NCBI GenBank assembly: GCA_963543945.1
Contig: CAUUCN010000001.1
Coordinates: 1,118-65,117, forward strand
From: an uncultured Candidatus Saccharibacteria bacterium
Lineage (GTDB): Bacteria; Patescibacteriota; Saccharimonadia; Saccharimonadales; Saccharimonadaceae
Length of the DNA: 64,000 bases
Reading direction: 5' to 3'
The notes under the pieces are model-generated. The model was not told the origin of the DNA, made no database searches, and was given only the letters and a program-made list of their open reading frames with translations. Position numbers and translations under genes: made by a program. This document shows positions 29,356 to 38,005 of the stretch, in pieces (positions within the stretch are counted from its first letter, which is position 1; the number at the start of each line of letters is the position of its first letter).

Positions 29356-29384
29356 TTGACAAAATGGGTTAAATATTATAGAAT
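29356..29384 (+). promoter_or_regulatory. Sigma70-type promoter TTGACA-17-TAGAAT for 29467..29976
   Basis: TTGACAaaatgggttaaatattaTAGAAT. Confidence 0.65.
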
Positions 29385-29398
29385 AACAGAGTAGTCAG

Positions 29399-29445
29399 TC
29401 GTAACTGAATAGGTTCTTTAATTTTCTAAGACGTTACGATTTTTT
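29399..29445 (+). promoter_or_regulatory. Terminator-like hairpin in the 5' leader (possible attenuator)
   Basis: TCGTAAC...GTTACGA stem followed by TTTTTT, 20 nt before the Shine-Dalgarno. Confidence 0.4.
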
Positions 29446-29466
29446 CTGTTTGATGGAGGTAGAAAG

Positions 29467-29976
29467 ATGCGAAATGAGGGGTTAAGTAGTGTAATGCCGT
29501 TTACAAACCGAAAATTGGTCGACAAGGTGATTCGCGATGAGGCGATTATCTATGACGTTTGGCGCTTGACGGTGCCAGTTGGCGAAGGCAGAGATGAACG
29601 GCTAAAAAAAGCCGTCAATGCTATGGGGGACTTAAAATTTCAGAAAGCTGAAACGAAAATTTTTTTGCCAGGGGTAATGCTCCAGGGGTATCCTTTAAGA
29701 AATCTGGAAGATTCCAAAGACAAAGCTTTAGGAGGTCCCGCTGTAATGCTGGAATTAGATCTCTTGATGCGAATTGATATTTCGGAAAATGCCAAGAAGT
29801 ATATTTTGAATCGTTTCTTCTATAGGGAGACACGAGATCAATATATGCAAGGTAATGTTTACCTGGGATTCACGAAGGAGAGCAGGATGATTCTGCTGTT
29901 TGACGGAATGATGCATCCTGAATTTGCGGAGGCCGTGGATGATACGGTCGATATGGACTGGGATGAATTGAAGTAA
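29467..29976 (+). CDS. Family C3 (distant) hypothetical protein
   Basis: GGAGGT Shine-Dalgarno; NVYLGFTKESRMILLFDGMMHPEF weakly parallels the C1/C2 C-terminal block. Confidence 0.6.
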   Translation: MRNEGLSSVMPFTNRKLVDKVIRDEAIIYDVWRLTVPVGEGRDERLKKAVNAMGDLKFQKAETKIFLPGVMLQGYPLRNLEDSKDKALGGPAVMLELDLLMRIDISENAKKYILNRFFYRETRDQYMQGNVYLGFTKESRMILLFDGMMHPEFAEAVDDTVDMDWDELK

Positions 29977-29982
29977 CGCATG

Positions 29983-30021
29983 AAAAAAAATAACCCCTCG
30001 TAATGAGGGGTTTATTTTTTT
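29983..30021. terminator. Bidirectional hairpin terminator
   Basis: ACCCCTC-gtaat-GAGGGGT flanked by A8 and T7. Confidence 0.75.
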
Positions 30022-30038
30022 GGAACCAGGTTTTCAGA

Positions 30039-30686
30039 TTAGATTGTGTAAATAATTTTACTAAGTTCAATTTTCTTCAAGATCTCCTTCTCCTGCTTTT
30101 TAGCCTCTGGAATGGTTAGTTTAAATTCTGCAGCGGTTTGCGCTAGGGTGTGAGTCCGGTGTTTATTGAAGCCAAAGCGATAGTCGAAATACTTCATTTC
30201 AGCCGCGGACAGATAGGTGCGAAGATTGGAGCGGAAAGTTTTGAGGGATTTTTTATAAAGAAGCACGTCATTTTCGTAAATTTTATTCCATTCCAGACAG
30301 CTTTGATCGTCTGGGCGGTTCGTTAAACGAAAACGATTGGATTTCTTACAAAATTCCGGTAAAAAACATTCCAGAATGACCGGTTCGTACTTATTGCCGA
30401 GTAACACACGTTTAAGATATTTAAGACCGAAGGAATCGGCGACAAAATCAGTACGGATATAACCTGCAGTATTTAAAGCACTGATGATTTCTGCGAAAAC
30501 TTTCGGGCGATAGGCTTTTAAAGTTTCTGGGTGATACTGCATCATATAGTACAGAAAACGTACGTGCCAAACCAATTGATCCATGGAGAAATAATTTTTC
30601 TCCACGTAACGTTCGGCGCGCTTACTAAGTCCGAGTCCGGAAACGGATTTCAGTGTAGACGCAGGTTTACATTTAGGTTTCTTCAT
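30039..30686 (-). CDS. Family A3: HhH (alpha-CTD-like) plus sigma70 region-4-like protein
   Basis: Start ATG 30686 (GGAGGT Shine-Dalgarno); VSGLGLSKRAERYVEKNYFSMDQLVW; AEMKYFDYRFGFNKHRTHTLAQTAAEFKLTIPEAKKQEKEILKKIE. Confidence 0.7.
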   Translation of the reverse strand: MKKPKCKPASTLKSVSGLGLSKRAERYVEKNYFSMDQLVWHVRFLYYMMQYHPETLKAYRPKVFAEIISALNTAGYIRTDFVADSFGLKYLKRVLLGNKYEPVILECFLPEFCKKSNRFRLTNRPDDQSCLEWNKIYENDVLLYKKSLKTFRSNLRTYLSAAEMKYFDYRFGFNKHRTHTLAQTAAEFKLTIPEAKKQEKEILKKIELSKIIYTI

Positions 30687-30720
30687 AGGCATTACCTCCA
30701 TGAGTGAATCTCGGATGAGA

Positions 30721-31194
30721 TTAGATGAAATGACGATTAATGTTCGGATATTGAAGTCTAGTGGCTAAATAATAACCTCGGGTGAGACTGAGCTTATTAA
30801 ATTTAGCCATATCCAGTAGCATATTGGACATATCATCACTGTAGTGATCGGCATAAAAATAATATTTATGCTGGTTTGTCGTGGTGGCACAGATTAATTC
30901 ATGCTCGACGCCACGACAATACTCTTTGGCTACGCGCTCAAAATGCGTGATGAGGCTAGTGAAAATTTCTTCACCATCCTTGAATCTAGGGTCGCCATAA
31001 ATCAAACCACCCAGGAGACATTTGCCGGAAATAGTTATTTCATGATCTTTAAGATGATGATAAAACCGGCTAAAGTCGATCATGACCTCCTGGCGATTAG
31101 GGTAACCATCCTTTTCTTCGAAAAAGAGTTGCCAATTTTTTAAAATGGCGATACTTTTTGCATGCGTATCGTGATGTATCAGGGGTGGTTTCAT
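30721..31194 (-). CDS. Hypothetical protein (first gene of the A3 operon)
   Basis: Start ATG 31194 (GAGGAGGA Shine-Dalgarno); 157 aa; no family recognised. Confidence 0.6.
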   Translation of the reverse strand: MKPPLIHHDTHAKSIAILKNWQLFFEEKDGYPNRQEVMIDFSRFYHHLKDHEITISGKCLLGGLIYGDPRFKDGEEIFTSLITHFERVAKEYCRGVEHELICATTTNQHKYYFYADHYSDDMSNMLLDMAKFNKLSLTRGYYLATRLQYPNINRHFI

Positions 31195-31278
31195 AATATC
31201 CTCCTCACAAGAAATGCACCTTAAAACATGGTAGGCAGGGTTCCAAAATTTTAAGGTGCGAGTAAAAACTACCTTTAT

Positions 31279-31307
31279 ATTATACAATGCGATAGCTTCT
31301 ATGTCAA
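31279..31307 (-). promoter_or_regulatory. Sigma70-type promoter TTGACA-17-TATAAT
   Basis: Minus-strand read: TTGACAtagaagctatcgcattgTATAAT. Confidence 0.65.
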
Positions 31308-31476
31308 TAAATAACAGGGGTGGAAGTGTTGAAATCGGGCGGAACTAACTAGGTTTCCTGTTCGGTTTTTGTCCCTTGACTTTCTTTTATTTTTATGTCA
31401 AAATATGAATATTGATTCAATAGTGAATCATGCTGGTTGTCCCGAGGGGGATAGTTCTTTGAAAGGAGATATCGGT

Positions 31477-31932
31477 ATGGGTATCAATGAAAATGGCAAT
31501 GAAAACAAAGGCTTGTCGGTCGACGAAAATTGCGACGCGAGGGTCTATCGGATTAAAGATGGACCATATTTATCGGAGCTTTTAGAAGGGTTTAAATTAG
31601 CTCATGATGAAGACTTGCGACCGCGCATTGAATTCCAGGTGGAAAATGGAAAATTCCAGGCGAATAAATGTTATGCGCAGGGAGAAGAGCTTCTTCTGGT
31701 GAAGGATTTTCAAATCCTAGAACTGAAATATTCTGGCCTTTCTTATGATTACGTAAAAGTAATTGGAAGATGTTTGGCTGACTTATCTAGTGCTTGCGAG
31801 GAAAAAGCGGTTTATACTAAGTATAAATTCGATGCGAACTATGATGTCAAAAGACGCACGGGTAGTATTAGCTTTACGAAATATGGCTTAATACGAAACC
31901 GTAATTTAATTAGTAATGCTGGAAATGAATAA
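31477..31932 (+). CDS. Family D1 hypothetical protein
   Basis: Start ATG 31477 (AAGGAG Shine-Dalgarno); IEFQV..., LSYDYVKVIGRC and KFDANYDVKRRTGSISF align with 37549..37929. Confidence 0.65.
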   Translation: MGINENGNENKGLSVDENCDARVYRIKDGPYLSELLEGFKLAHDEDLRPRIEFQVENGKFQANKCYAQGEELLLVKDFQILELKYSGLSYDYVKVIGRCLADLSSACEEKAVYTKYKFDANYDVKRRTGSISFTKYGLIRNRNLISNAGNE

Positions 31933-31960
31933 CTTTGTTTTATTACCTTTTCAATCTTTT

Positions 31961-31989
31961 GACTGCTTAGAGATTAAGCAGTCTTTTTT
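31961..31989 (+). terminator. Intrinsic terminator
   Basis: GACTGCTTA-gagat-TAAGCAGTC followed by TTTTTT. Confidence 0.8.
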
Positions 31990-32106
31990 ATGTGAAAAAT
32001 AAAGATTTCTTACATGGATGGTTTTTATAAAAATAAGTAATATGCTCTATGGTGGGAAATTTTAATAACAGAAAACCCCGCAACGAAAGTAGGTTTTTTA
32101 AACAAG

Positions 32107-32133
32107 AGAAAACCCCGCGATGAGGCGGGGTTT
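32107..32133 (-). terminator. Intrinsic terminator after A4
   Basis: CCCCGC-gatgag-GCGGGG with flanking A and T runs. Confidence 0.7.
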
Positions 32134-32141
32134 CTGAAGAT

Positions 32142-32801
32142 TTAGATGACGTCGAAGAGCTCACAGTCTTTGATATAGAAATAAGCTTTCTTCATCAGGC
32201 CACGGACTTTGCTAATCTTACGATTAAGTTTCAGCGCGGTCTCAGCAGTAGGGTGACACTTACCGTCCTCGAGTGAATACCGAAAACAAATAATCTGGTA
32301 AGTCAACTCGTTAGGTAAAATGTCTCTTAGAATCTGCCGGATTTCCTCACGCTGTTTTTCGGTGAGCGGTATGAAATTTTCATATCTTTGATTACCATAA
32401 ACGTAGTCAGATTGGTCGGAACTTCCCTGTTCCGGATTGATTTCGCAAAAATCTTCGAGATCAGCGGCGCAATTCCAAGCTTGATATTGCTCGGGTTTGG
32501 CCAGTCTACGAAGCCGATTGAGGATAAAATCCTCGGGCTTGATGTCGTGTCGAATGTAGCCGGCACGATCAAAAGCGACGTAGGCATCCCAAAGTGGCTT
32601 CTCGAGATAACTACTGTTCTCTGGGTGATGTTCTCTAAGGTAGGCTTCGTGGCGAACCTTCCAGAGCAGTTCACTCGTGGTGCCAAATTTGTTACTAAGG
32701 TAACTCTCAGTATGCTTACTGAGGCCTAAGTTACAGATGTGGTCAAGCAGGTTAGCAGATTTAACTGTCGTCTTTTCGATGGTGTTAGTTTCATGTTTCA
32801 T
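32142..32801 (-). CDS. Family A4: HhH (alpha-CTD-like) plus sigma70 region-4-like protein
   Basis: ICNLGLSKHTESYLSNKFGTTSELLW; LTYQIICFRYSLEDGKCHPTAETALKLNRKISKVRGLMKKAYFYI; AGGAGGG Shine-Dalgarno. Confidence 0.7.
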   Translation of the reverse strand: MKHETNTIEKTTVKSANLLDHICNLGLSKHTESYLSNKFGTTSELLWKVRHEAYLREHHPENSSYLEKPLWDAYVAFDRAGYIRHDIKPEDFILNRLRRLAKPEQYQAWNCAADLEDFCEINPEQGSSDQSDYVYGNQRYENFIPLTEKQREEIRQILRDILPNELTYQIICFRYSLEDGKCHPTAETALKLNRKISKVRGLMKKAYFYIKDCELFDVI

Positions 32802-32937
32802 ATCTTTACCCTCCTAAAAATAGAAAAATGAAAGACCTTAAACTTTAAATCTTCTTTTAAGGTACTCACTTTTCAGTGTATTGAAACGTCCTTCATACGA
32901 AGAATCGCCAATTAAGTCGGAATGACTTAATCTATGT

Positions 32938-32966
32938 ATTTTAACATAAAAGATTTGAAAAGTCAA
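32938..32966 (-). promoter_or_regulatory. Sigma70-type promoter TTGACT-17-TAAAAT for A4 (leader ~130 nt with several hairpins)
   Basis: Minus-strand read: TTGACTtttcaaatcttttatgtTAAAAT. The leader contains ATTAAGTC/GACTTAAT and ACCTTAAA/TTTAAGGT stems. Confidence 0.55.
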
Positions 32967-33036
32967 TGAAGATAACATCTTAGAAAATGGTTATGTCAAA
33001 AAAGAATAGCTGGTCTTTAATAAGCGTTTTTTTAAA

Positions 33037-33065
33037 AAGAAAAGCCCCCGACTTTGGGGGCTTTC
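33037..33065 (-). terminator. Intrinsic terminator
   Basis: GCCCCC-gacttt-GGGGGC with flanking A and T runs. Confidence 0.7.
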
Positions 33066-33069
33066 TGAA

Positions 33070-33522
33070 TTAATGTGGGATATAGAAATCGGCATAACCG
33101 AGGTCATGCATGGCCTGGATGATTTCCTGAATGGAAACTTTGCCGAGATTACGAATCCTACCCCAATCGATTGAGTCAAGCGATAAAACATCTTGAATGG
33201 TATTGATATTACGATTTCTTAGGCAGTGATAAGGCCTAGGCTTGAGATTCAAGATATCGATACTGGCGTGGCCGGGATCGTTCTTAATCAGGTACTTAGA
33301 AGCCATAGTGGCTGGCTCGCTGGTGCCTTGACTAAGTTTTTGAAGCTCGATTAAGATATGATCACGCGTCTTAATCTCCTCTGTCTGCTGAAGCTTTTTC
33401 AGGGCTAGTTTAAGTGCAGCTTCTTGACGACAGGCGGCGGAAGCGGAGATCGCTTGATGTGCCTCGACGAGGTCACGAAATTTCATCAAATCTGTTCCAT
33501 GGTTAGTAATGTGTTCGGTCAT
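33070..33522 (-). CDS. Family A5: stand-alone RNA polymerase alpha-CTD-like protein
   Basis: Start ATG 33522 (AGGAGGGG Shine-Dalgarno); IDILNLKPRPYHCLRNRNINTIQDVLSL...IRNLGKVSIQEIIQAMHDLGY matches the alpha-CTD double-HhH pattern. Confidence 0.7.
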   Translation of the reverse strand: MTEHITNHGTDLMKFRDLVEAHQAISASAACRQEAALKLALKKLQQTEEIKTRDHILIELQKLSQGTSEPATMASKYLIKNDPGHASIDILNLKPRPYHCLRNRNINTIQDVLSLDSIDWGRIRNLGKVSIQEIIQAMHDLGYADFYIPH

Positions 33523-33577
33523 AGTTCCCCTCCTATGTGTGAAATGTGCAATGTGTATAAAATAATACAATAATTAT

Positions 33578-33606
33578 ATTATAATATATTTTATAATTTA
33601 TGTCAA
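33578..33606 (-). promoter_or_regulatory. Sigma70-type promoter TTGACA-17-TATAAT
   Basis: Minus-strand read: TTGACAtaaattataaaatatatTATAAT. Confidence 0.65.
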
Positions 33607-33665
33607 AGAAAAAACCCCGACGGGAGTCGAGGCTTCATAGATAGAGACAATTCACTAACTTCAGG

Positions 33666-34499
33666 TTAAGTGAAATCTTTTTCTCTATCCGTGAAAATGT
33701 TGGGGAAATACTCTAGGATAAACTTTAGATCAACGATGAAATAATTGGTTGGATTGGCATATTTAGATAACTTGTACCTGTTGATTAATTTACCGCCATT
33801 AACATAGATAGCAGCAAGAATTAGCCATCCTACTGGGGTTTCGTATTCTATGTTCTCGCAAAAAGATTTTTGAACTAATTGCTCAATATCACCGCCAGCT
33901 GGTAAAAAGCTTCTCCGAATAAACTGATCGAAGGTGTAGTCTTGATAATGGAATTCACGTTCAATTTCACTGAGCTTGACGTTATGGATGAAATCGTGTA
34001 GCGATACAGCTTTTGGTAGATCAGCCAGAGTTTTGCCAGAATCTAGACTAAGGTAACGACAGTAGTTAAGACGTATCCAGGGTTTAACGTACTCACTAGG
34101 CTCGATACCAATACTTGACCATTTGTCAGGCGAAGAACTGACGATATCGTCGACAGTGCTTTTAATCGAAAAAAGTTTTATTTTATCGATAAACATGGTG
34201 GGAATAATCCTACTGATTATACTGCGAATTTGTTCTGAGGTAATACCAAGAGTATAAAAGAAGCTGAGTATCTTAAATAGGTTATCTGGATACTCTGCAT
34301 TACTCAAGATATAATCTTCAGATAATTCAAAGGCGGTTTGTACGGAAACGCCATTAATGATCAAGTCATTAATCTCGTCGAGCGAACAAGTCTCGAGATT
34401 ATAATGACGAGCAATTTGGTCCATATCGGCATCTTGTGAATGCAGATATTGTAAATCTACCTTGTCTGATTCGATCTTTTCTTTTCTAAAAATGTTCAT
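33666..34499 (-). CDS. Family B1 hypothetical protein
   Basis: 277 aa; SLDEINDLIINGVSVQTAFELSEDYILSNAEYPDNLFKILSFFY nearly identical to B2; shared C-terminal blocks with B2 and B3. Confidence 0.7.
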   Translation of the reverse strand: MNIFRKEKIESDKVDLQYLHSQDADMDQIARHYNLETCSLDEINDLIINGVSVQTAFELSEDYILSNAEYPDNLFKILSFFYTLGITSEQIRSIISRIIPTMFIDKIKLFSIKSTVDDIVSSSPDKWSSIGIEPSEYVKPWIRLNYCRYLSLDSGKTLADLPKAVSLHDFIHNVKLSEIEREFHYQDYTFDQFIRRSFLPAGGDIEQLVQKSFCENIEYETPVGWLILAAIYVNGGKLINRYKLSKYANPTNYFIVDLKFILEYFPNIFTDREKDFT

Positions 34500-34504
34500 G
34501 ATAC

Positions 34505-34591
34505 CCCCTTTTTAAAGAGCTCGCAAAAATCTGCGCGAGCTAAACTCAAGTTTAACGAATATATTATGGCATTAAGGTTATATTTTGTCAA
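34505..34591. repeat. Promoter plus 5' UTR module, copy 1 (copy 2 at 37273..37361)
   Basis: ttaaagagctcgcaaaaat(c/t)tgcgcgagctaaac..gagtttaacg..tatattatggca....ttgtcaa shared by both copies; includes leader hairpin AGCTCGC/GCGAGCT (34518-34541). Confidence 0.8.
34563..34591 (-). promoter_or_regulatory. Sigma70-type promoter TTGACA-17-CATAAT for B1
   Basis: Exact 17-nt spacer; the motif CTCAAGTGCAAC lies 20 nt upstream of -35 (34612-34623). Confidence 0.6.
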
Positions 34592-34733
34592 TATAACCTC
34601 TGAACTAACATCTCAAGTGCAACACTAACCAATAAAAAGACAATAAGTGTAATGATGGACGAGAATAAATGACTCCTATTCAAATGTTGCAAAGCTACTG
34701 ACCCCTCTAAGAGGATAAAGTATAATATAAGAC

Positions 34734-35771
34734 ATGACAGAGTGTGAGGTAGAAGAATTGATTCAAAAATTCCATGCTATTTTAGAGCCAGATTTTCCAG
34801 AATGGCTGCAGGAGTATATTGAAACACCAGTTTTACAGAAGCAGAAGTATATTAGTACGACTTGCGGAACGATTTATTCAGATTTGTTTGAAAATCAGAG
34901 ATTTTATTCAAGTTTAGATCATGCGGTAGGGGTGGCGTTGATAGTTTGGCACTTTACTCATGACAAAAAACAGACTTTGGCGGGGCTTTTTCATGATATT
35001 GCGACACCAGTTTTTAAGCATTGTGTGGATTTTATGAATGGTGACCACCAAGCGCAGGAATCGACAGAGGATTTGACGACGGAGATGATCGCAGGGTCGC
35101 CGGAAATTAGGCGCTTGCTTAAGTGGGATGGTATTTTAGTTTCCGAGGTAGACAATTATCATTTGTATCCGATTGCAGATAACGATACACCGAAGTTATC
35201 AGCGGATCGTTTGGAATATTCACTGGCGAATATGTTGTTCGCGTATGGGGTGACGGATTTGGCGGAAATTCGTGAAATATATGCGGATATTGTAGTGCAA
35301 TCAGACGAAAATGGAGTGAAAGAATTGGGATTTCAAACGAAAAAAATCGCACGAAAATTTGTTAAACTAACTTCGCAACTATCTATGTTTTATCGCGAGG
35401 ATCGAACGCGCTACTCAATGCAGTTTCTTGCCGATATTTTGAAGAAAATGAGTGAATCTAAAAGGATTTCGGTGGCAGATTTATATCAAATGAAAGAATC
35501 GGAAGTGATTGAAATGATTTTAGCTTCAGATTATGGTGATGCTTTTTTGGCTTGGCAGAAGGCAAAGAAAATAAAGAAGGCAAAGAGTCTTGAGCAATGC
35601 CCGGACGGAGTGTACGTAGTGAACTGCCAGGCGAAAGTGCGCTATATTGATCCGTTATGGCAAGGTGAACGGATGTCGAAAGCTTGTAAAATTGCAAAGG
35701 GTTATATTGAAAAAAATTTGGCCTATAAAATGGAGGGATATCTGTATCTGCCAGGGGTAAAATTAACATAA
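34734..35771 (+). CDS. HD-domain phosphohydrolase
   Basis: SLDHAVGVALIVWHF...LAGLFHDIATPVFKH; TATAAT-7 nt-ATG start. Confidence 0.7.
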   Translation: MTECEVEELIQKFHAILEPDFPEWLQEYIETPVLQKQKYISTTCGTIYSDLFENQRFYSSLDHAVGVALIVWHFTHDKKQTLAGLFHDIATPVFKHCVDFMNGDHQAQESTEDLTTEMIAGSPEIRRLLKWDGILVSEVDNYHLYPIADNDTPKLSADRLEYSLANMLFAYGVTDLAEIREIYADIVVQSDENGVKELGFQTKKIARKFVKLTSQLSMFYREDRTRYSMQFLADILKKMSESKRISVADLYQMKESEVIEMILASDYGDAFLAWQKAKKIKKAKSLEQCPDGVYVVNCQAKVRYIDPLWQGERMSKACKIAKGYIEKNLAYKMEGYLYLPGVKLT

Positions 35772-35806
35772 AAAAGCCCCGACCGTGGTCGAGGCTTGTT
35801 TTTTTT
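35771..35806. terminator. Bidirectional hairpin terminator
   Basis: GCCCCGACC/GGTCGAGGC stem (one mismatch) between A5 and T8. Confidence 0.7.
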
Positions 35807-35811
35807 GGGAA

Positions 35812-36903
35812 TTAGTGAGCTGATTCATTCTCCATGAATTCTTTGGCGAAAATATAGTCTTGCCCAGTATAGTGTGATGGGTCGCCACACTCAAGCAACA
35901 TTTTTCGATTGATTAATTTGCTGCCAGAATCACTGAGATAAGCTAAGACAAGCCAATCGATTGGGTCTTCAGGCTGCATTCTTGCGTAATTAGCTTCTTT
36001 GGCTAATTCTTCAATGTCACCCCAAGCTGGCAGGTAATTACATTTAATGAACTGCTTCATGGTTAGGCCACGGTAATTGACTTTGCTCATAATAAACGGA
36101 AGTCCAGTATGGTGAATGAAATCACGTATAGAGACGGGATCTGGTAGATTAGCTAGAGTTTTCCCAGGCTCTATGTCGAGATAATCATCACAGTGAAGAA
36201 GAATCCAAGGTTTGGTGTATTCTCTAGGTTTAATGCCAATACTAATCCACCTACCAGATGAACCCTCAATGATGTCGTCGATAAGATCAGTAATGTATAG
36301 CAGATTTGATCCATCAATGAATCGCACTGGAATGATTTTGTTAATCATTTTACGAATTTGTCCCGAATCAATACCATGAGCGTAAAAGAAATTGAGTATC
36401 TTAAATAGAGTGTCTGGATACTCCGCACTACTCAAGATGTAATCTTCGGATAAATCAAACGTAGTTTGGACAGAAACACCATTAATGATCAGGTCGTTAA
36501 TCTCATCGAGCGAATAAGGCTCGAAGCCATCGTGAATTACGATTTCATCCATATCCGCACCTAAGGAATACAGGCGGTGTAGGTTTATCTTGCTGCATTC
36601 TACGGGTATTGAGCTGGCAATTTGATTAATATCTAAATGCGCGCCGGCATTTTGGAGTGCTTCAAACTGCTCAATAACGTCTAATGGATGTAAAACTTGA
36701 ACGATTTCTCCCATATCAACACCTGCATCATGTATTTTAGGCCAATACTTGGCCAGAATTTTGTAGGCTGAACTCAATTTTTTCTCATTTTCCGATTCCT
36801 GAATGCATTTTTTTAAGACTGGGAAAATATCATACCAGAATTTTTGATTAAATTTTTCACGGGTGGCTACTACCAATGCTTTTAAGATGCCAATAATATT
36901 CAT
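35812..36903 (-). CDS. Family B2 hypothetical protein
   Basis: Start ATG 36903 (AGGAGGGG Shine-Dalgarno); helical G(A/V)D(M/I)..I repeats; core ~85% nt identity with B1. Confidence 0.7.
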   Translation of the reverse strand: MNIIGILKALVVATREKFNQKFWYDIFPVLKKCIQESENEKKLSSAYKILAKYWPKIHDAGVDMGEIVQVLHPLDVIEQFEALQNAGAHLDINQIASSIPVECSKINLHRLYSLGADMDEIVIHDGFEPYSLDEINDLIINGVSVQTTFDLSEDYILSSAEYPDTLFKILNFFYAHGIDSGQIRKMINKIIPVRFIDGSNLLYITDLIDDIIEGSSGRWISIGIKPREYTKPWILLHCDDYLDIEPGKTLANLPDPVSIRDFIHHTGLPFIMSKVNYRGLTMKQFIKCNYLPAWGDIEELAKEANYARMQPEDPIDWLVLAYLSDSGSKLINRKMLLECGDPSHYTGQDYIFAKEFMENESAH

Positions 36904-36919
36904 TTTACCCCTCCTTGAA

Positions 36920-37264
36920 TTAATCATTGAATAATAAGCCGACGTATTGATACTTATGTGGTGGTTGAGATTTAAAAACATTGTAGTCAAAATCACTAAC
37001 ATCCAGCAGTTCAAAACGATATTTCTGCTTAGCATTAGGATATTTGATCGGGTCTAATTCCTCGAAAAATTCCGCGTACGGACGAACGTAGAGTTGCAGA
37101 TCACCATAAAGCGCCAAATAAACAACGTATCGCTCCCCCTTGTCTGGATTTTTCTTATTTGGCTTAATAGCGACATCGACGAGCAGGTAGGATTCACCCT
37201 CAAAATGATGGTAAATACCGCGAGTTTTACAGCGTGGGTTGTGGACGAATTCTTTTTCTTCCAT
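36920..37264 (-). CDS. DUF1653-like protein
   Basis: GIYHHFEGESYLLVDVA...ERYVVYLALYGD..LYVRPYAEFFEE...YRFELL matches my recollection of the DUF1653 pattern. Confidence 0.6.
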   Translation of the reverse strand: MEEKEFVHNPRCKTRGIYHHFEGESYLLVDVAIKPNKKNPDKGERYVVYLALYGDLQLYVRPYAEFFEELDPIKYPNAKQKYRFELLDVSDFDYNVFKSQPPHKYQYVGLLFND

Positions 37265-37272
37265 AACAATTC

Positions 37273-37361
37273 CCCTTTCTTTTAAAGAGCTCGCAAAAAT
37301 TTGCGCGAGCTAAACATGAGTTTAACGGCTATATTATGGCAGAGTATATGGGGTTTGTCAA
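37273..37361. repeat. Promoter plus 5' UTR module, copy 2
   Basis: See 34505..34591; the leader hairpin here is at 37288-37311. Confidence 0.8.
37333..37361 (-). promoter_or_regulatory. Sigma70-type promoter TTGACA-17-CATAAT for the DUF1653-B2 operon
   Basis: Exact 17-nt spacer; inverted copy of CTCAAGTGCAAC at 37365-37376. Confidence 0.6.
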
Positions 37362-37444
37362 GGTGTTGCACTTGAGGGGGGCGACGGATTCACATCTCGG
37401 CAATTAGCTGAATTTGCGGGATTTGGCAAGCGATGTGGTTTACA

Positions 37445-37473
37445 TTGACACATTAGCATAAGTATGTTAAAAT
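37445..37473 (+). promoter_or_regulatory. Sigma70-type promoter TTGACA-17-TAAAAT for D2
   Basis: TTGACAcattagcataagtatgtTAAAAT; the leader carries an ACCTCG/CGAGGT hairpin plus a U-rich tract (37503-37534). Confidence 0.65.
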
Positions 37474-37548
37474 ATATTGATTAGCATTATCGCTAAGTGG
37501 TTGACCTCGTAACGTATGCCGAGGTGGTTCTTTTACAGGAGGTGTTGT

Positions 37549-37929
37549 ATGCACAGTGAAGTAAGAAACGGTGATTCATTGGCTTTTGAAGTAATGAATG
37601 GACCAAGTAGGGATCGCATTCATATTGCAAACATGTATGCTTTTGATCAAAATATGTCGATTGATCTGGAATTTAAGGTAGTTTTCGCAAAACGGGAAAA
37701 TCCGGCTGGTGGAACGACTCGAGATTTTATGGCATTGAAAAATCTGCAAATCATGGGGGTGATTCACGCTGATCGCACTGGGTATGATTTTAATATTCAG
37801 GGAACTTGCGATGCGGATGTGAAATCTCCGATGAACAAATGTAATGCTTATCGAAATTTTCGTTTTTCGATGGATTACAATGCGAAGCTTCGAACCGGGT
37901 CACTGAGATTAAAGCCAATGAGGTTTTAA
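37549..37929 (+). CDS. Family D2 hypothetical protein
   Basis: Start ATG 37549 (AGGAGG Shine-Dalgarno); LEFKV, GYDFNIQGTC and FSMDYNAKLRTGSLRL align with D1. Confidence 0.65.
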   Translation: MHSEVRNGDSLAFEVMNGPSRDRIHIANMYAFDQNMSIDLEFKVVFAKRENPAGGTTRDFMALKNLQIMGVIHADRTGYDFNIQGTCDADVKSPMNKCNAYRNFRFSMDYNAKLRTGSLRLKPMRF

Positions 37930-38005
37930 GATTAATTCTCGAGTGACTTTTGTAATGCTATGTAATTTTGGATTCTTAAGGATTTTGACTTAGAAAGGTG
38001 GGGAG

